Shown: in pieces, positions 8,507-16,727 of the stretch | How the letters are laid out: every line of letters begins with the position of its first letter | Numbering within the stretch: the stretch's first letter is position 1 | Assembly: GCA_964616915.1 (NCBI GenBank) | Contig: CAZTSL010000019.1 | Coordinates: 1-38,184, forward strand | Origin: an uncultured bacterium | GTDB taxonomy: Bacteria; Myxococcota_A; CAZTSL01 | Length of the DNA: 38,184 nucleotides | Direction of reading: 5' to 3' | The notes under the pieces: model-generated | The model's input: only the letters and a program-made list of their open reading frames with translations | Told to the model about the DNA's origin: nothing | The model's database searches: none | Position numbers and translations under genes: made by a program

Positions 8507-10642
8507 TCAAGGTTTTTCGAACTGTTTGGGGTCGATGGGGATATTGACTTCGAGCGATTTCACGATCGTCGTCGAAAAGGGTTTTCCGTCGGCCAGGGTC
8601 TCGATGCGGTGGGGGAAGCGGATTCCGGCGACGGTTCTGTAGTCGCTGTAGCGTTCCTCGACCTTGGCCATCCGCCCCATCACCTTCTCCTGGGCGATCC
8701 GCTTGAGGGGGAGCGCAGTCTCGGGGTCGAGGTAGAGTTTCATGGCGAAGTCTTTGCTTGCGATGTGGACGACATCGTAGCGTTTTCCCTCCTCCTCGAC
8801 GGGGGCGAGGGCCTGGACTTCGTAGTCTTTCTGCTCGAACTCGCGAAGGAGGAAGAAGAGTTTCTTCATCATTGCGTTCTGCATCTCGCGGCGCTGGGCT
8901 TCGGAGAGTTCGGCGACCCCCTGAGGGTTCTTCGACCATCCGCTCTCCCCATTTCGCACGAGGGTGACGGTGCCGAAGGGGAGCTGCATCTCCTGGCGTT
9001 GCAGATCGGGAAAGCGGCCGATGTCGGTGACGGTCATCTGCATCGTCTGTCCCTGCATCGAGACCTCGACCTCTGCGGTCATCCGGTAGGAAGAGATCTT
9101 CTCGGCGGCTTGTCGTCCTCCGATCGCCTCGAGCGCGGCTTCGAGGCGCGCCTTTCCCTGGGCCACGGCGTCCGCGGTGGCTTCGGGGAGTTCCTCCTTG
9201 GGCACGGGGATCGTGATGTCGATCTCCTCGACCGGGCCGATCGTTTCGAGGGGTTCGTCGAAGCGCTCGGGATTCCCCACGGCCAGGATCCGGAGGCTCT
9301 CGGGATGGATGAACTTTCTGGCCGCAGCCAGGACGTCCTCGCGCGTGACCCGCTCGATGTTGGCCTTCGTCTTCTCGAGGAAGTCGAGAGGGTAGCCGTA
9401 GTAGGCGTAGGTCATGAGCCGCTGCACGATCTCCCCCTTCGTATCGAAGTTGAAGACGAAGGCGTTGAGGTAGCTCTCCTTGGCGCGTTCAAGTTCCTCC
9501 TCGGTCACCGGTTCCTGCGTGATCCGTTCGACCTCGGCCTTCATCGCCCGCAGGGCCTTGACCGTCGTCTCCCCCTTCGTCTGACATCCGACGATGAAGA
9601 CGCCGGGGACTTTGTAGTTGGCCAGATAGACACCGAAGACGGAGTAGGCCAGGCCGAGCTTGTCGCGGACGTTGCGGAAGAGGCGGCTGGAGAACCCACC
9701 GCCGAGGATGTCGTTGAGGATCGTGAGCGCATAGAACTCCGGATCCCTGCGCAGCCCCCCGATATGCCCCATGTAGATGTAGGTCTGGTCGATGTCGGTC
9801 TTGCGGACGAGATGGATGGAGGAATCGAAGGTGTAGTGGACCTCGGGGAAGGGGGGCGCCTCGTAGGGGCCATCCCCCTTCCAGTCCCCGAAGACCGCCT
9901 CGAGACGGGCACGCATCTCCTCGATCGTGAAGTCCCCCCACACCCCGATCATCACGTTCTCGGGGTGGAAGAAGCGCTTGTGAAAGGCCACGAGATCGTC
10001 GCGGGTGATGCGGTCGATCGTGGCATACTCGGGGGTCCGGGCATAGGGGGAGTCGGCGCCGTAGATCAACTTGCGGAACTCCCGGGAGGCGATCTCGTTG
10101 GGATCGTCGTTGCGACGGGCGATCGCGCTGCGCTCCTGGATCTTGGCCAGTTCGATCTTGTCCTCCGGAAAGATCGGGTTTCGCAGGATGTCGGCCAGGA
10201 TCGGAAGGGCCTGGTCGATGTCCTCCTTGAGCGCGGAGAGCGTGGCCGAGGCATAGCTCAGTTCGATGCTCGTCTCCACGGAGGCCGCCAGCGATTCGAG
10301 CAGCTCATCGATCTCCTCGCCGCTGTGCGTGGCCGTGCCGCCGGTTCGCATCACCTCTCCCACGATCGAGGCCAGCCCCACCTTCTCCGCGGGTTCATAG
10401 ATCGAGCCCGCCCCGATCCGGGCCGAAAGCTCGATCAAGGGGAGTTCATGATCGGGGAGGAGGAAGAGACGAATGCCATTGGAGAGGGTGACCTCTTCGA
10501 CCTTCGGCACCTCGATGTCGTGCAGTTTCGGGAAGGTGAGATCCTTGTAGAACTTCGCCTCACCGGCAAGGAGGGAGGAGGAGGCCAGGAGGAGAAGGAT
10601 CCCGGTCATCGACGTCGTTCGGATATTCTTTCGGTTCATCAT
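8507..10642 (-). CDS. M16 (pitrilysin/insulinase) family peptidase with a non-catalytic-type first half and a C-terminal extension; signal peptide present
   Basis: 711 aa. N-terminal signal-like MMNRKNIRTTSMTGILLLLASSSLLAGEA. Overall M16 architecture with no HxxEH motif. It is immediately downstream of the catalytic M16 gene, which suggests a heterodimer partner. Confidence 0.75.
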   Translation of the reverse strand: MMNRKNIRTTSMTGILLLLASSSLLAGEAKFYKDLTFPKLHDIEVPKVEEVTLSNGIRLFLLPDHELPLIELSARIGAGSIYEPAEKVGLASIVGEVMRTGGTATHSGEEIDELLESLAASVETSIELSYASATLSALKEDIDQALPILADILRNPIFPEDKIELAKIQERSAIARRNDDPNEIASREFRKLIYGADSPYARTPEYATIDRITRDDLVAFHKRFFHPENVMIGVWGDFTIEEMRARLEAVFGDWKGDGPYEAPPFPEVHYTFDSSIHLVRKTDIDQTYIYMGHIGGLRRDPEFYALTILNDILGGGFSSRLFRNVRDKLGLAYSVFGVYLANYKVPGVFIVGCQTKGETTVKALRAMKAEVERITQEPVTEEELERAKESYLNAFVFNFDTKGEIVQRLMTYAYYGYPLDFLEKTKANIERVTREDVLAAARKFIHPESLRILAVGNPERFDEPLETIGPVEEIDITIPVPKEELPEATADAVAQGKARLEAALEAIGGRQAAEKISSYRMTAEVEVSMQGQTMQMTVTDIGRFPDLQRQEMQLPFGTVTLVRNGESGWSKNPQGVAELSEAQRREMQNAMMKKLFFLLREFEQKDYEVQALAPVEEEGKRYDVVHIASKDFAMKLYLDPETALPLKRIAQEKVMGRMAKVEERYSDYRTVAGIRFPHRIETLADGKPFSTTIVKSLEVNIPIDPKQFEKP

Positions 10643-10676
10643 ACGATCTCCATGAGGGGGAAGACACCTTCGCCGC

Positions 10677-12179
10677 TCAACCGTCCTGGGATGCCGTTTC
10701 GAGGCGGCCGATTGTCCGGTTCGAGGTGACCAGGTACTCCTTGGCCACCCGCATGATATCCTCGGCGCTCACGGCTTCGAGTGCTTCGAGCCGCTGGAAG
10801 AGGTTGCGCCAGTCACCGGTGACGACGTGGTAGAAGGCGAGCTGCCGGGCAAGCCCGAGGTTCGAGTTGAGCGATCGGATCAGATCGGCGCGTTCGCGCC
10901 GTCTGGCCTTCTCGAGTTCCGCCTCGGTGACCGGCTCCCGCTTGAGGCGTTCGAGTTCCGCGTAGATCAGCGCGGCATTCTCGTCGTTCGTATGATCCTT
11001 GGCGGCGATGGCATAGACGTTGAAGAGGCCTGGATACTTCATGCCGGTCAGTCCGGTGAAGGCTCCGGTGTTCACGGCGGTGCGTTCTTCCTTGACGAGT
11101 TTCTTGTAGAGGCGGGAGGTGCGTCCCCGGCCGAGGATGTCGGTGAGGATATCGAAGACGGGGTCATCGGGATCGTTGATGTCGGGACGATGATACCCGA
11201 TGAAGATCGCGGGCTGGGCCTGGGTGACGAGCGTGCATTGCCGCTCTCCCTCCTGTTTCGGTTCGACGGTCTCCACCGGCTCCGGCTTCGGGCGGACCGG
11301 CAGGCGGCCGAAATAGATCCGGGCCAGCCGTTCGATCTCCCTGGGATCGACATCCCCGACGATCGCGATCGTGAGGTTGTTGGCCCCGTAGTGTGTGTCG
11401 AACCAGGTCTGGGCCTCCTGGCGGGTGATCGTCTGAAGGTCGGAGAGATGCCCGATGACCGGTTCCCCATAGGGATGTGCCTTGTAGGCGATGGAGAGGA
11501 AGTCCTCGATCAGCCGGCCGAAGGGGTTGTTTCGCCGGAGCCGCCGTTCCTCCATCACGACGTCCTTCTCCTTGTAGAACTCCCGCAGCACCGGATCGAG
11601 GAAGCGTTCCGACTCGAGGGACATCCAGAGTTCCACCTTGTTGGAGGGGAGGGAGACCATGTATTGCGTGAAGTCGGCGCCGGTCTGGGCGTTGAGCATC
11701 CCGGAGCCCGCCCGCTCGATCGCCGCTTCCCACTCGTCGGACTGAGCGTACTGCTGCGCCTCCTCCTGTGCCGCCTGGAAGGCCTTCTCCAGCTCCTCGA
11801 TCCGTTTCGGGTCGGCCCGGCGTCCCTTCCAGCGTTCCCGCTTGAGGTCCATGAAGATCCGATCGACCTTCTCCATGGCGGCCTTCTCCTTCTCGTAGTC
11901 CTTCGTGCCGATGCGGCTCGTCCCCTTGAAGGCCATGTGTTCGAAAATGTGCGCGATACCGGTGATCCCCTTCACCTCGTTGACGGAGCCGACGTCCGCA
12001 TAGGTCAGGAAGGAGACGACGGGTGCGGTATGCCGCTCCATCACGATGAAGGTCGATCCATTGTCGAGCGAGAAGGTCGTCACCTGCTTCTCGAAGTCCT
12101 CGAGACGCTGAGCCCAAAGGGTTGGCGCCAGGAGGAGGAGCACGAGGCACGATCCCACGAGTCTCTTCAACGTCTGCAT
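10677..12179 (-). CDS. M16 family zinc peptidase, catalytic subunit (inverted zinc motif HxxEH)
   Basis: 500 aa. Signal peptide MQTLKRLVGSCLVLLLLAPTLWAQ. HIFEHMAFKGT matches the HxxEH inverzincin motif. GGGAGA RBS upstream of the ATG at 12179. Confidence 0.85.
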   Translation of the reverse strand: MQTLKRLVGSCLVLLLLAPTLWAQRLEDFEKQVTTFSLDNGSTFIVMERHTAPVVSFLTYADVGSVNEVKGITGIAHIFEHMAFKGTSRIGTKDYEKEKAAMEKVDRIFMDLKRERWKGRRADPKRIEELEKAFQAAQEEAQQYAQSDEWEAAIERAGSGMLNAQTGADFTQYMVSLPSNKVELWMSLESERFLDPVLREFYKEKDVVMEERRLRRNNPFGRLIEDFLSIAYKAHPYGEPVIGHLSDLQTITRQEAQTWFDTHYGANNLTIAIVGDVDPREIERLARIYFGRLPVRPKPEPVETVEPKQEGERQCTLVTQAQPAIFIGYHRPDINDPDDPVFDILTDILGRGRTSRLYKKLVKEERTAVNTGAFTGLTGMKYPGLFNVYAIAAKDHTNDENAALIYAELERLKREPVTEAELEKARRRERADLIRSLNSNLGLARQLAFYHVVTGDWRNLFQRLEALEAVSAEDIMRVAKEYLVTSNRTIGRLETASQDG

Positions 12180-12404
12180 GAAACCATCTCCCGCTTGCGT
12201 AGGGTAAGGGCGAAAACCACCCCGGAACGATCCGTTTGCATGAACCTAAACGAAAGTCGGCGGCGTGTCAACGGCCGGATGCGCCGGGCACTTTCCATAT
12301 CCGATCCTTACGATGATGTGGTAAGATCGCTCCGGCGGCTCCAGCTCTTCATTTGGATCGGAATCGTCGTGGTTTGGAACGATCGGCCGTTCGGAGGATG
12401 GCTC

Positions 12405-13265
12405 ATGGAAAAGAAACGGATCGTCTTCATCCTGGGGATTCCCAGATCGGGAACGACCCTCGTCTATGGAATGCTGGTTCGGAATCAATCGTGCATCGGG
12501 GGGTCTTTCAAGGAGTCGCAATTCTACTCCCATATCCTCCCCAAACCGTGGGCTTTGGAAACGTTCCTCACCGATCCCTATTTTACCGATCTCTTGAGCG
12601 CCGAGGAGATTCGGGAGATCTTTCTTCGTTCCGACTCACATCTCTCCTTCTTCAGGAATGCGATCGATCGTTTTCTCGAGCGTGAGGGGAAGTGCATCTT
12701 CGTGGAGAAGAGTCCACCCCACACCCTTTTCTTCCGGCGCATCATCGAGGATTTTCAGCATCCGACGATCATCCTGGTCGAACGGAATCCGGCCGCCGTC
12801 GTCAATTCCATCGTCCGGACCCGCTGGTCGATCCTCGCCAGCGATCGCTTGCCGGGGAAGCTCAAGGATGTCGTGTGGTTGAAGTATGTGGCTGCGATAT
12901 TGAAGTATTACCGGTATGCCAGGGCTCTGGAGGAGATCCGGAGATATCCCCACACGATCTCTGTGCGCTACGAAGACATCGTGACGGGCGCCATCGATCT
13001 GCGCGCCTTGCTCGAAGAGGAACTGGGCGTTCCCGTCGATCCATTGTATGTCTCCCGTCCCTTTTCCCCCGATGTGCAGGAACGGGACTATGCGCTCGAC
13101 AAGCGACGGATCGAGGGGTATCGTCAGACGATGCCTCCTTCGATGCAACGGCTCGTGGCTCTCCTCTTCTCGCCGAACGGGCGGCTGCAGACGTTTTCCA
13201 GTCGGCTGCTGCGTGTTTTCCTGCTCGAACCGATCTGCCGGTTGAAAGGGGCCATCGGTCCGTGA
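12405..13265 (+). CDS. PAPS-dependent sulfotransferase family protein (cytoplasmic)
   Basis: 287 aa. 5'-PSB-like P-loop ILGIPRSGTTLVYGML at the N-terminus and a later KSPPHTLFF segment typical of sulfotransferases. GGAGGA RBS 7 nt upstream of the ATG at 12405. Transcribed divergently from the M16/FAAL/MMPL block. Confidence 0.7.
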   Translation: MEKKRIVFILGIPRSGTTLVYGMLVRNQSCIGGSFKESQFYSHILPKPWALETFLTDPYFTDLLSAEEIREIFLRSDSHLSFFRNAIDRFLEREGKCIFVEKSPPHTLFFRRIIEDFQHPTIILVERNPAAVVNSIVRTRWSILASDRLPGKLKDVVWLKYVAAILKYYRYARALEEIRRYPHTISVRYEDIVTGAIDLRALLEEELGVPVDPLYVSRPFSPDVQERDYALDKRRIEGYRQTMPPSMQRLVALLFSPNGRLQTFSSRLLRVFLLEPICRLKGAIGP

Positions 13266-13486
13266 CTCGGGGTCACGCTTCCCCGGAGGGTGCCGGTTTC
13301 GCAGCGTGAGACGTAGAGCTACGCGTCCGGGGTGGTTCGTGCTTGTCTTTCCCCCCACCTTTTGCTACCGTAGCGAAGAGCAAAGAAGGGGGGCTCGAAG
13401 GTCTTTGGAACAACGCCGGATTGATCGAAACGCCGGGTCGATCGAATGGATACGAGTCTGATGAAGCCGATGGGATCGGAAGGACG

Positions 13487-15250
13487 ATGAACAAACAACG
13501 GGCAGCGATCGAAACGTTCAAGGAGCAGTTGATCGAGGAGGGGGAGGTCGGGGAGAAGGCCGAGGCCGCGGAGGCGTTCGGAGGCGAAGGGATGGCCGAG
13601 GTCATGCCGGGAGAAGCCCCGCTCGATCTGGAGGCGGCCTCCTTTCAGGCGGCGCCCTCCATCCCGCCCCAGGCCAAACAGGTGCCTTCTCCTCCGAAAC
13701 GACGCAAGCGGGTGCTCCTCTCCGGCGGGGGACAGAAGACCTCCGAAGAACTCCAGCTCGAACGGGAAGCGCTCGAGGTGCGGGAGACGGGCTTCTTCCG
13801 CTGGAAGACCGTGATCGTCCCTCCGAACGCCTACGTCGTCCACACCCGTCTTGGGAAACCGGAACCGATCACGCTCGGCCTGGGGCGCTCCTTCAAGTTC
13901 AACCCCTATACGGACAGTTACCTCGTCGTTCCGGCGGCGATGCAGACGATCGGGATCGTCGCCACCTGCATCAGCAAGGAGAAACAGGGGATCCACGTCC
14001 TGGCCTATGTGCAGTGGCTGATCAGCGATTTCTCCGTGGCCTACCGCCACCTCGATTTCTCCGACCCCCGGGCGCCGATGGGGATCGTCAACGCCCAGCT
14101 CCGGGAGCAGGCCGAGGCCGCGATCAAGGACAAGGTGGCCACGATGAGCGTGGAGGAGGTCCTCACCGACAAGGCTCCGATCATCGCGGAACTCACCGCC
14201 CGCATGAAGGCCGTGGCCGAAGGACGGCGCCAGGAGGGCGAGGCCGGAGAGGGGGAGGGGCTCGGACTGCGCATCGTCACGGTCCAGATCAAGGAAGCCT
14301 TCGTCTCCTCCCAGAGCCTCTGGGAGAACCTCCAGGCTCCCTTCCGCCATCAGCAGGAACAAAAAGCCCGTTTGAGCCGATTGGCCGTCGAAGAGAAGAT
14401 CCGGACCATCGAACGGGAACAGCGTCTGGAGGATGCCGCCCGGGAGGCGGAGACCGCTGCCCGAATCGAACAGATCCAGGCGGAGAGGGAGACCGAAGCC
14501 TTCGATATCGTCGTCCGGGAGAAACACCGGCGTCTCGTACGCAAGAAGGAGGAGGAGCAAAAAGAGATCAAGCTCCTCGAAGAGACCGAACTCCTGCGCC
14601 GTGAATCGAACCGGAGGCTCCGCGAAGACGCCCGGAAGGACGAAGTTGCGGCTCAGATCGCCCAGCTCGAAGGTGAAACCTCGATCGCCCTCGAAAGGAT
14701 GGAACAGGAAACGATCCGGAAAACCGCGCAAGCGGCCGAACGTGCCAAACAGGAGGCCGCGGAACACCAGGCCGCGCTCGATGCGCTCGCCCGTGAAGGG
14801 GAACGCGCCATCGAGCACGCCCAGATCGCAGCCCGCCGGATCGCCGCGGAACGGGAAACCGCCCTGGCCGAGCAGGCCGCACGTCTCGAACGAGAACGGA
14901 TCGAAGGGGAAGCGGAACTCGCCCTGCAAAAGGAACGCCTCACCCTCGAAAACGCCCAGACGGAACGCGAACTCGCCTTTGCCCGGATGCGCCAGGAGAT
15001 CGAAAACAACGTCACCGAGCGGGGACTGACGAAGCGGGCGATCGAGATCCTCCCCGAACTCGTCGAACGGATGCCGAAGATCGATTCCCTCGAATCGATC
15101 CAGGTGACGCCCGTGGGCGCCGATGCCACCGGAACGAGCCAGGTTCACGCCTTCCTCGTCGAACTCTTCGCGCTCCTGCGTTCCTTGCGGGGCCACGCCC
15201 CCTCCCCGGGAGATCGACCCGATGACACGGTGGAGTCCTCCCCGGCATGA
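13487..15250 (+). CDS. SPFH / band-7 flotillin-like protein with a long Glu/Ala/Arg-rich coiled-coil region
   Basis: ORF 13343..15250; the internal ATG at 13487 is preceded by GGAAGGA. SPFH-like core FFRWKTVIVPPNAYVVHTRLGKPEPITLGLGRSFKFNPYTD...IVTVQIKEAF, followed by about 250 aa of EA/ER heptad-like repeats as in flotillin FloT/YuaG. The stop overlaps the next start (ATGA). Confidence 0.7.
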   Translation: MNKQRAAIETFKEQLIEEGEVGEKAEAAEAFGGEGMAEVMPGEAPLDLEAASFQAAPSIPPQAKQVPSPPKRRKRVLLSGGGQKTSEELQLEREALEVRETGFFRWKTVIVPPNAYVVHTRLGKPEPITLGLGRSFKFNPYTDSYLVVPAAMQTIGIVATCISKEKQGIHVLAYVQWLISDFSVAYRHLDFSDPRAPMGIVNAQLREQAEAAIKDKVATMSVEEVLTDKAPIIAELTARMKAVAEGRRQEGEAGEGEGLGLRIVTVQIKEAFVSSQSLWENLQAPFRHQQEQKARLSRLAVEEKIRTIEREQRLEDAAREAETAARIEQIQAERETEAFDIVVREKHRRLVRKKEEEQKEIKLLEETELLRRESNRRLREDARKDEVAAQIAQLEGETSIALERMEQETIRKTAQAAERAKQEAAEHQAALDALAREGERAIEHAQIAARRIAAERETALAEQAARLERERIEGEAELALQKERLTLENAQTERELAFARMRQEIENNVTERGLTKRAIEILPELVERMPKIDSLESIQVTPVGADATGTSQVHAFLVELFALLRSLRGHAPSPGDRPDDTVESSPA

Positions 15251-15849
15251 GCCTGCTACGCATCGAAGGGTTGCGTTATCTCGACCGGGGACCGATCGAT
15301 CTTGCGATCGAGGGGGGGGCGTGCGTCGCTCTCACCGGTCCATCGGGGGTGGGCAAGAGCCTGATGCTGCGTGCGATCGTCGATCTGATTCCCCATGAGG
15401 GGCGGGTGTGGCTCGACGGGGTGGAATCGCAGGAGGTTCCGGCGCCTCTCTGGCGAAGACGTGTCGGGATGCTTCCGGCCGAGAGTCTCTGGTGGTTCGA
15501 ACGGGTGGGGGATCACTTCGCCGCGACCGATCCTGTCCGTCTTGGCCGGCTCGGCTTCGGGCCCGATGTCATGGCGTGGCCGGTGCGGCGCCTCTCCTCG
15601 GGGGAGCGGCAGCGCCTTGGGCTCTTGCGTCTCTTGGCGAACGAACCGGAGGTGCTCCTCCTCGACGAGCCGACGGCGAGCCTCGACGAGGAGAACACGT
15701 TGCGGGTGGAATCGCTGATCGCCGACTACCGCCGGGAGCGGGGGGCCGTGGTGGTGTGGGTGAGCCATTCCCCGGCGCAGATCGCCCGGGTGGGGGAACG
15801 GGCCTTCCGCCTCGTGGCGGGGAGACTCGAGGAGATCGAGGTGCGATGA
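15247..15849 (+). CDS. fetA: ABC transporter ATP-binding protein, FetA/YbbL-like (short ABC ATPase)
   Basis: 200 aa. Walker A GPSGVGKS, ABC signature LSSGERQR, Walker B LLLDEPT, H-loop VSHS. The start overlaps the flotillin stop and the stop overlaps the permease start (ATGA in both cases). Confidence 0.8.
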   Translation: MSLLRIEGLRYLDRGPIDLAIEGGACVALTGPSGVGKSLMLRAIVDLIPHEGRVWLDGVESQEVPAPLWRRRVGMLPAESLWWFERVGDHFAATDPVRLGRLGFGPDVMAWPVRRLSSGERQRLGLLRLLANEPEVLLLDEPTASLDEENTLRVESLIADYRRERGAVVVWVSHSPAQIARVGERAFRLVAGRLEEIEVR

Positions 15850-16727
15850 ACACCGTTTCCCTGACCTCTCTCGATCTGGGGGTCGCCGCGCTCCTCCTGG
15901 TGGGACTGGCCCTGACGAGCTGGCGGTTGGCGCTCGGGCTCGAGGGGCGGATCTTCATCGCGGCGTTTCGGACCGTGCTTCAGCTCCTCCTCATCGGTCT
16001 CGTGCTCAAGGCGCTCTTTGCCCATGTCGATCCCCTCTGGCTCATGCTGATCGCGCTCGTCATGCTGGCTGCGGCGGGGCGGGAGGTCGTGGCGCGGCAG
16101 AAGTACCGTCTGGAGGGGGGGTGGGCCTTCTTCGTGGGGAGTGGGGCGATGTTCGTCTCCTCCTTTTCGGTGGCTCTCCTTGCGCTCACCGTGGTGATCC
16201 GCGCGGATCCGTGGTATGCGCCCCGCTATGCGATTCCCCTGCTCGGCATGCTGCTCGGCAATACGATGAATGGGATCGCGCTTGCGATGAACCATCTCAA
16301 TGGGCAGGTCTGGCAGGGGCGGGAGATGATCGAGCAACGTCTGATGCTCGGTCAGACGCGGGGGGAAGCGATCGCCGACCTCCGGCGGGAGAGCATGCGA
16401 ACCGGCATGATCCCGATCATGAACGCCATGGCCGCGGCGGGAATCGTCAGTCTCCCCGGGATGATGACCGGCCAGATCCTGGCGGGTGCCCCCCCGACCG
16501 AAGCGGTGAGATACCAGATCCTCATCATGTTCCTCATCACGGCAGGGACGGGATTCGGGACGATCACCGCGATCGCGTTCACCACCCGCCATCTCTTCGA
16601 CGCCCGCCACCGCCTCCGGATCGAACGTCTCCAGGCCATCTCCTCCTCTACAGGGCCGTGGAGGAAGGGGAGGGCGGGTTCGGGGATCTGGCGGCCAGGT
16701 AGAGATCGAGGAGTGCGGCCGCGGTGA
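15846..16727 (+). CDS. fetB: FetB/YbbM-like (UPF0014) ABC exporter permease
   Basis: ATG at 15846. N-terminal region LEGRIFIAAFRTVLQLLLIGLVLKALFAHVDP resembles E. coli FetB (RAIIQLIIVGYVLKYIF). Multi-TM. The 3' tail overlaps the convergent aroA-aroC ORF by about 80 nt, so the C-terminal roughly 30 aa are uncertain. Confidence 0.7.
   Translation: MNTVSLTSLDLGVAALLLVGLALTSWRLALGLEGRIFIAAFRTVLQLLLIGLVLKALFAHVDPLWLMLIALVMLAAAGREVVARQKYRLEGGWAFFVGSGAMFVSSFSVALLALTVVIRADPWYAPRYAIPLLGMLLGNTMNGIALAMNHLNGQVWQGREMIEQRLMLGQTRGEAIADLRRESMRTGMIPIMNAMAAAGIVSLPGMMTGQILAGAPPTEAVRYQILIMFLITAGTGFGTITAIAFTTRHLFDARHRLRIERLQAISSSTGPWRKGRAGSGIWRPGRDRGVRPR

Noticed and set aside
8504-10729. 741-aa ORF on the + strand opposite the M16 peptidase gene. 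Similar long antisense ORFs occur at 10827-12404 (+), 28228-31428 (-), 4787-5887 (+), 712-1416 (-) and 1450-2148 (-).
   Set aside because: Translations are low-complexity, rich in Arg, Gly, Pro and Asp/Glu, with no recognisable domains. Each lies antisense to a gene with strong domain evidence. This is typical high-GC stop-codon depletion rather than coding sequence.
13276-13312. Inverted repeat TCACGCT...AGCGTGA just after the sulfotransferase stop (possible terminator).
   Set aside because: 7-bp stem with a 23-nt loop and no following U-tract, so it is not a convincing intrinsic terminator.
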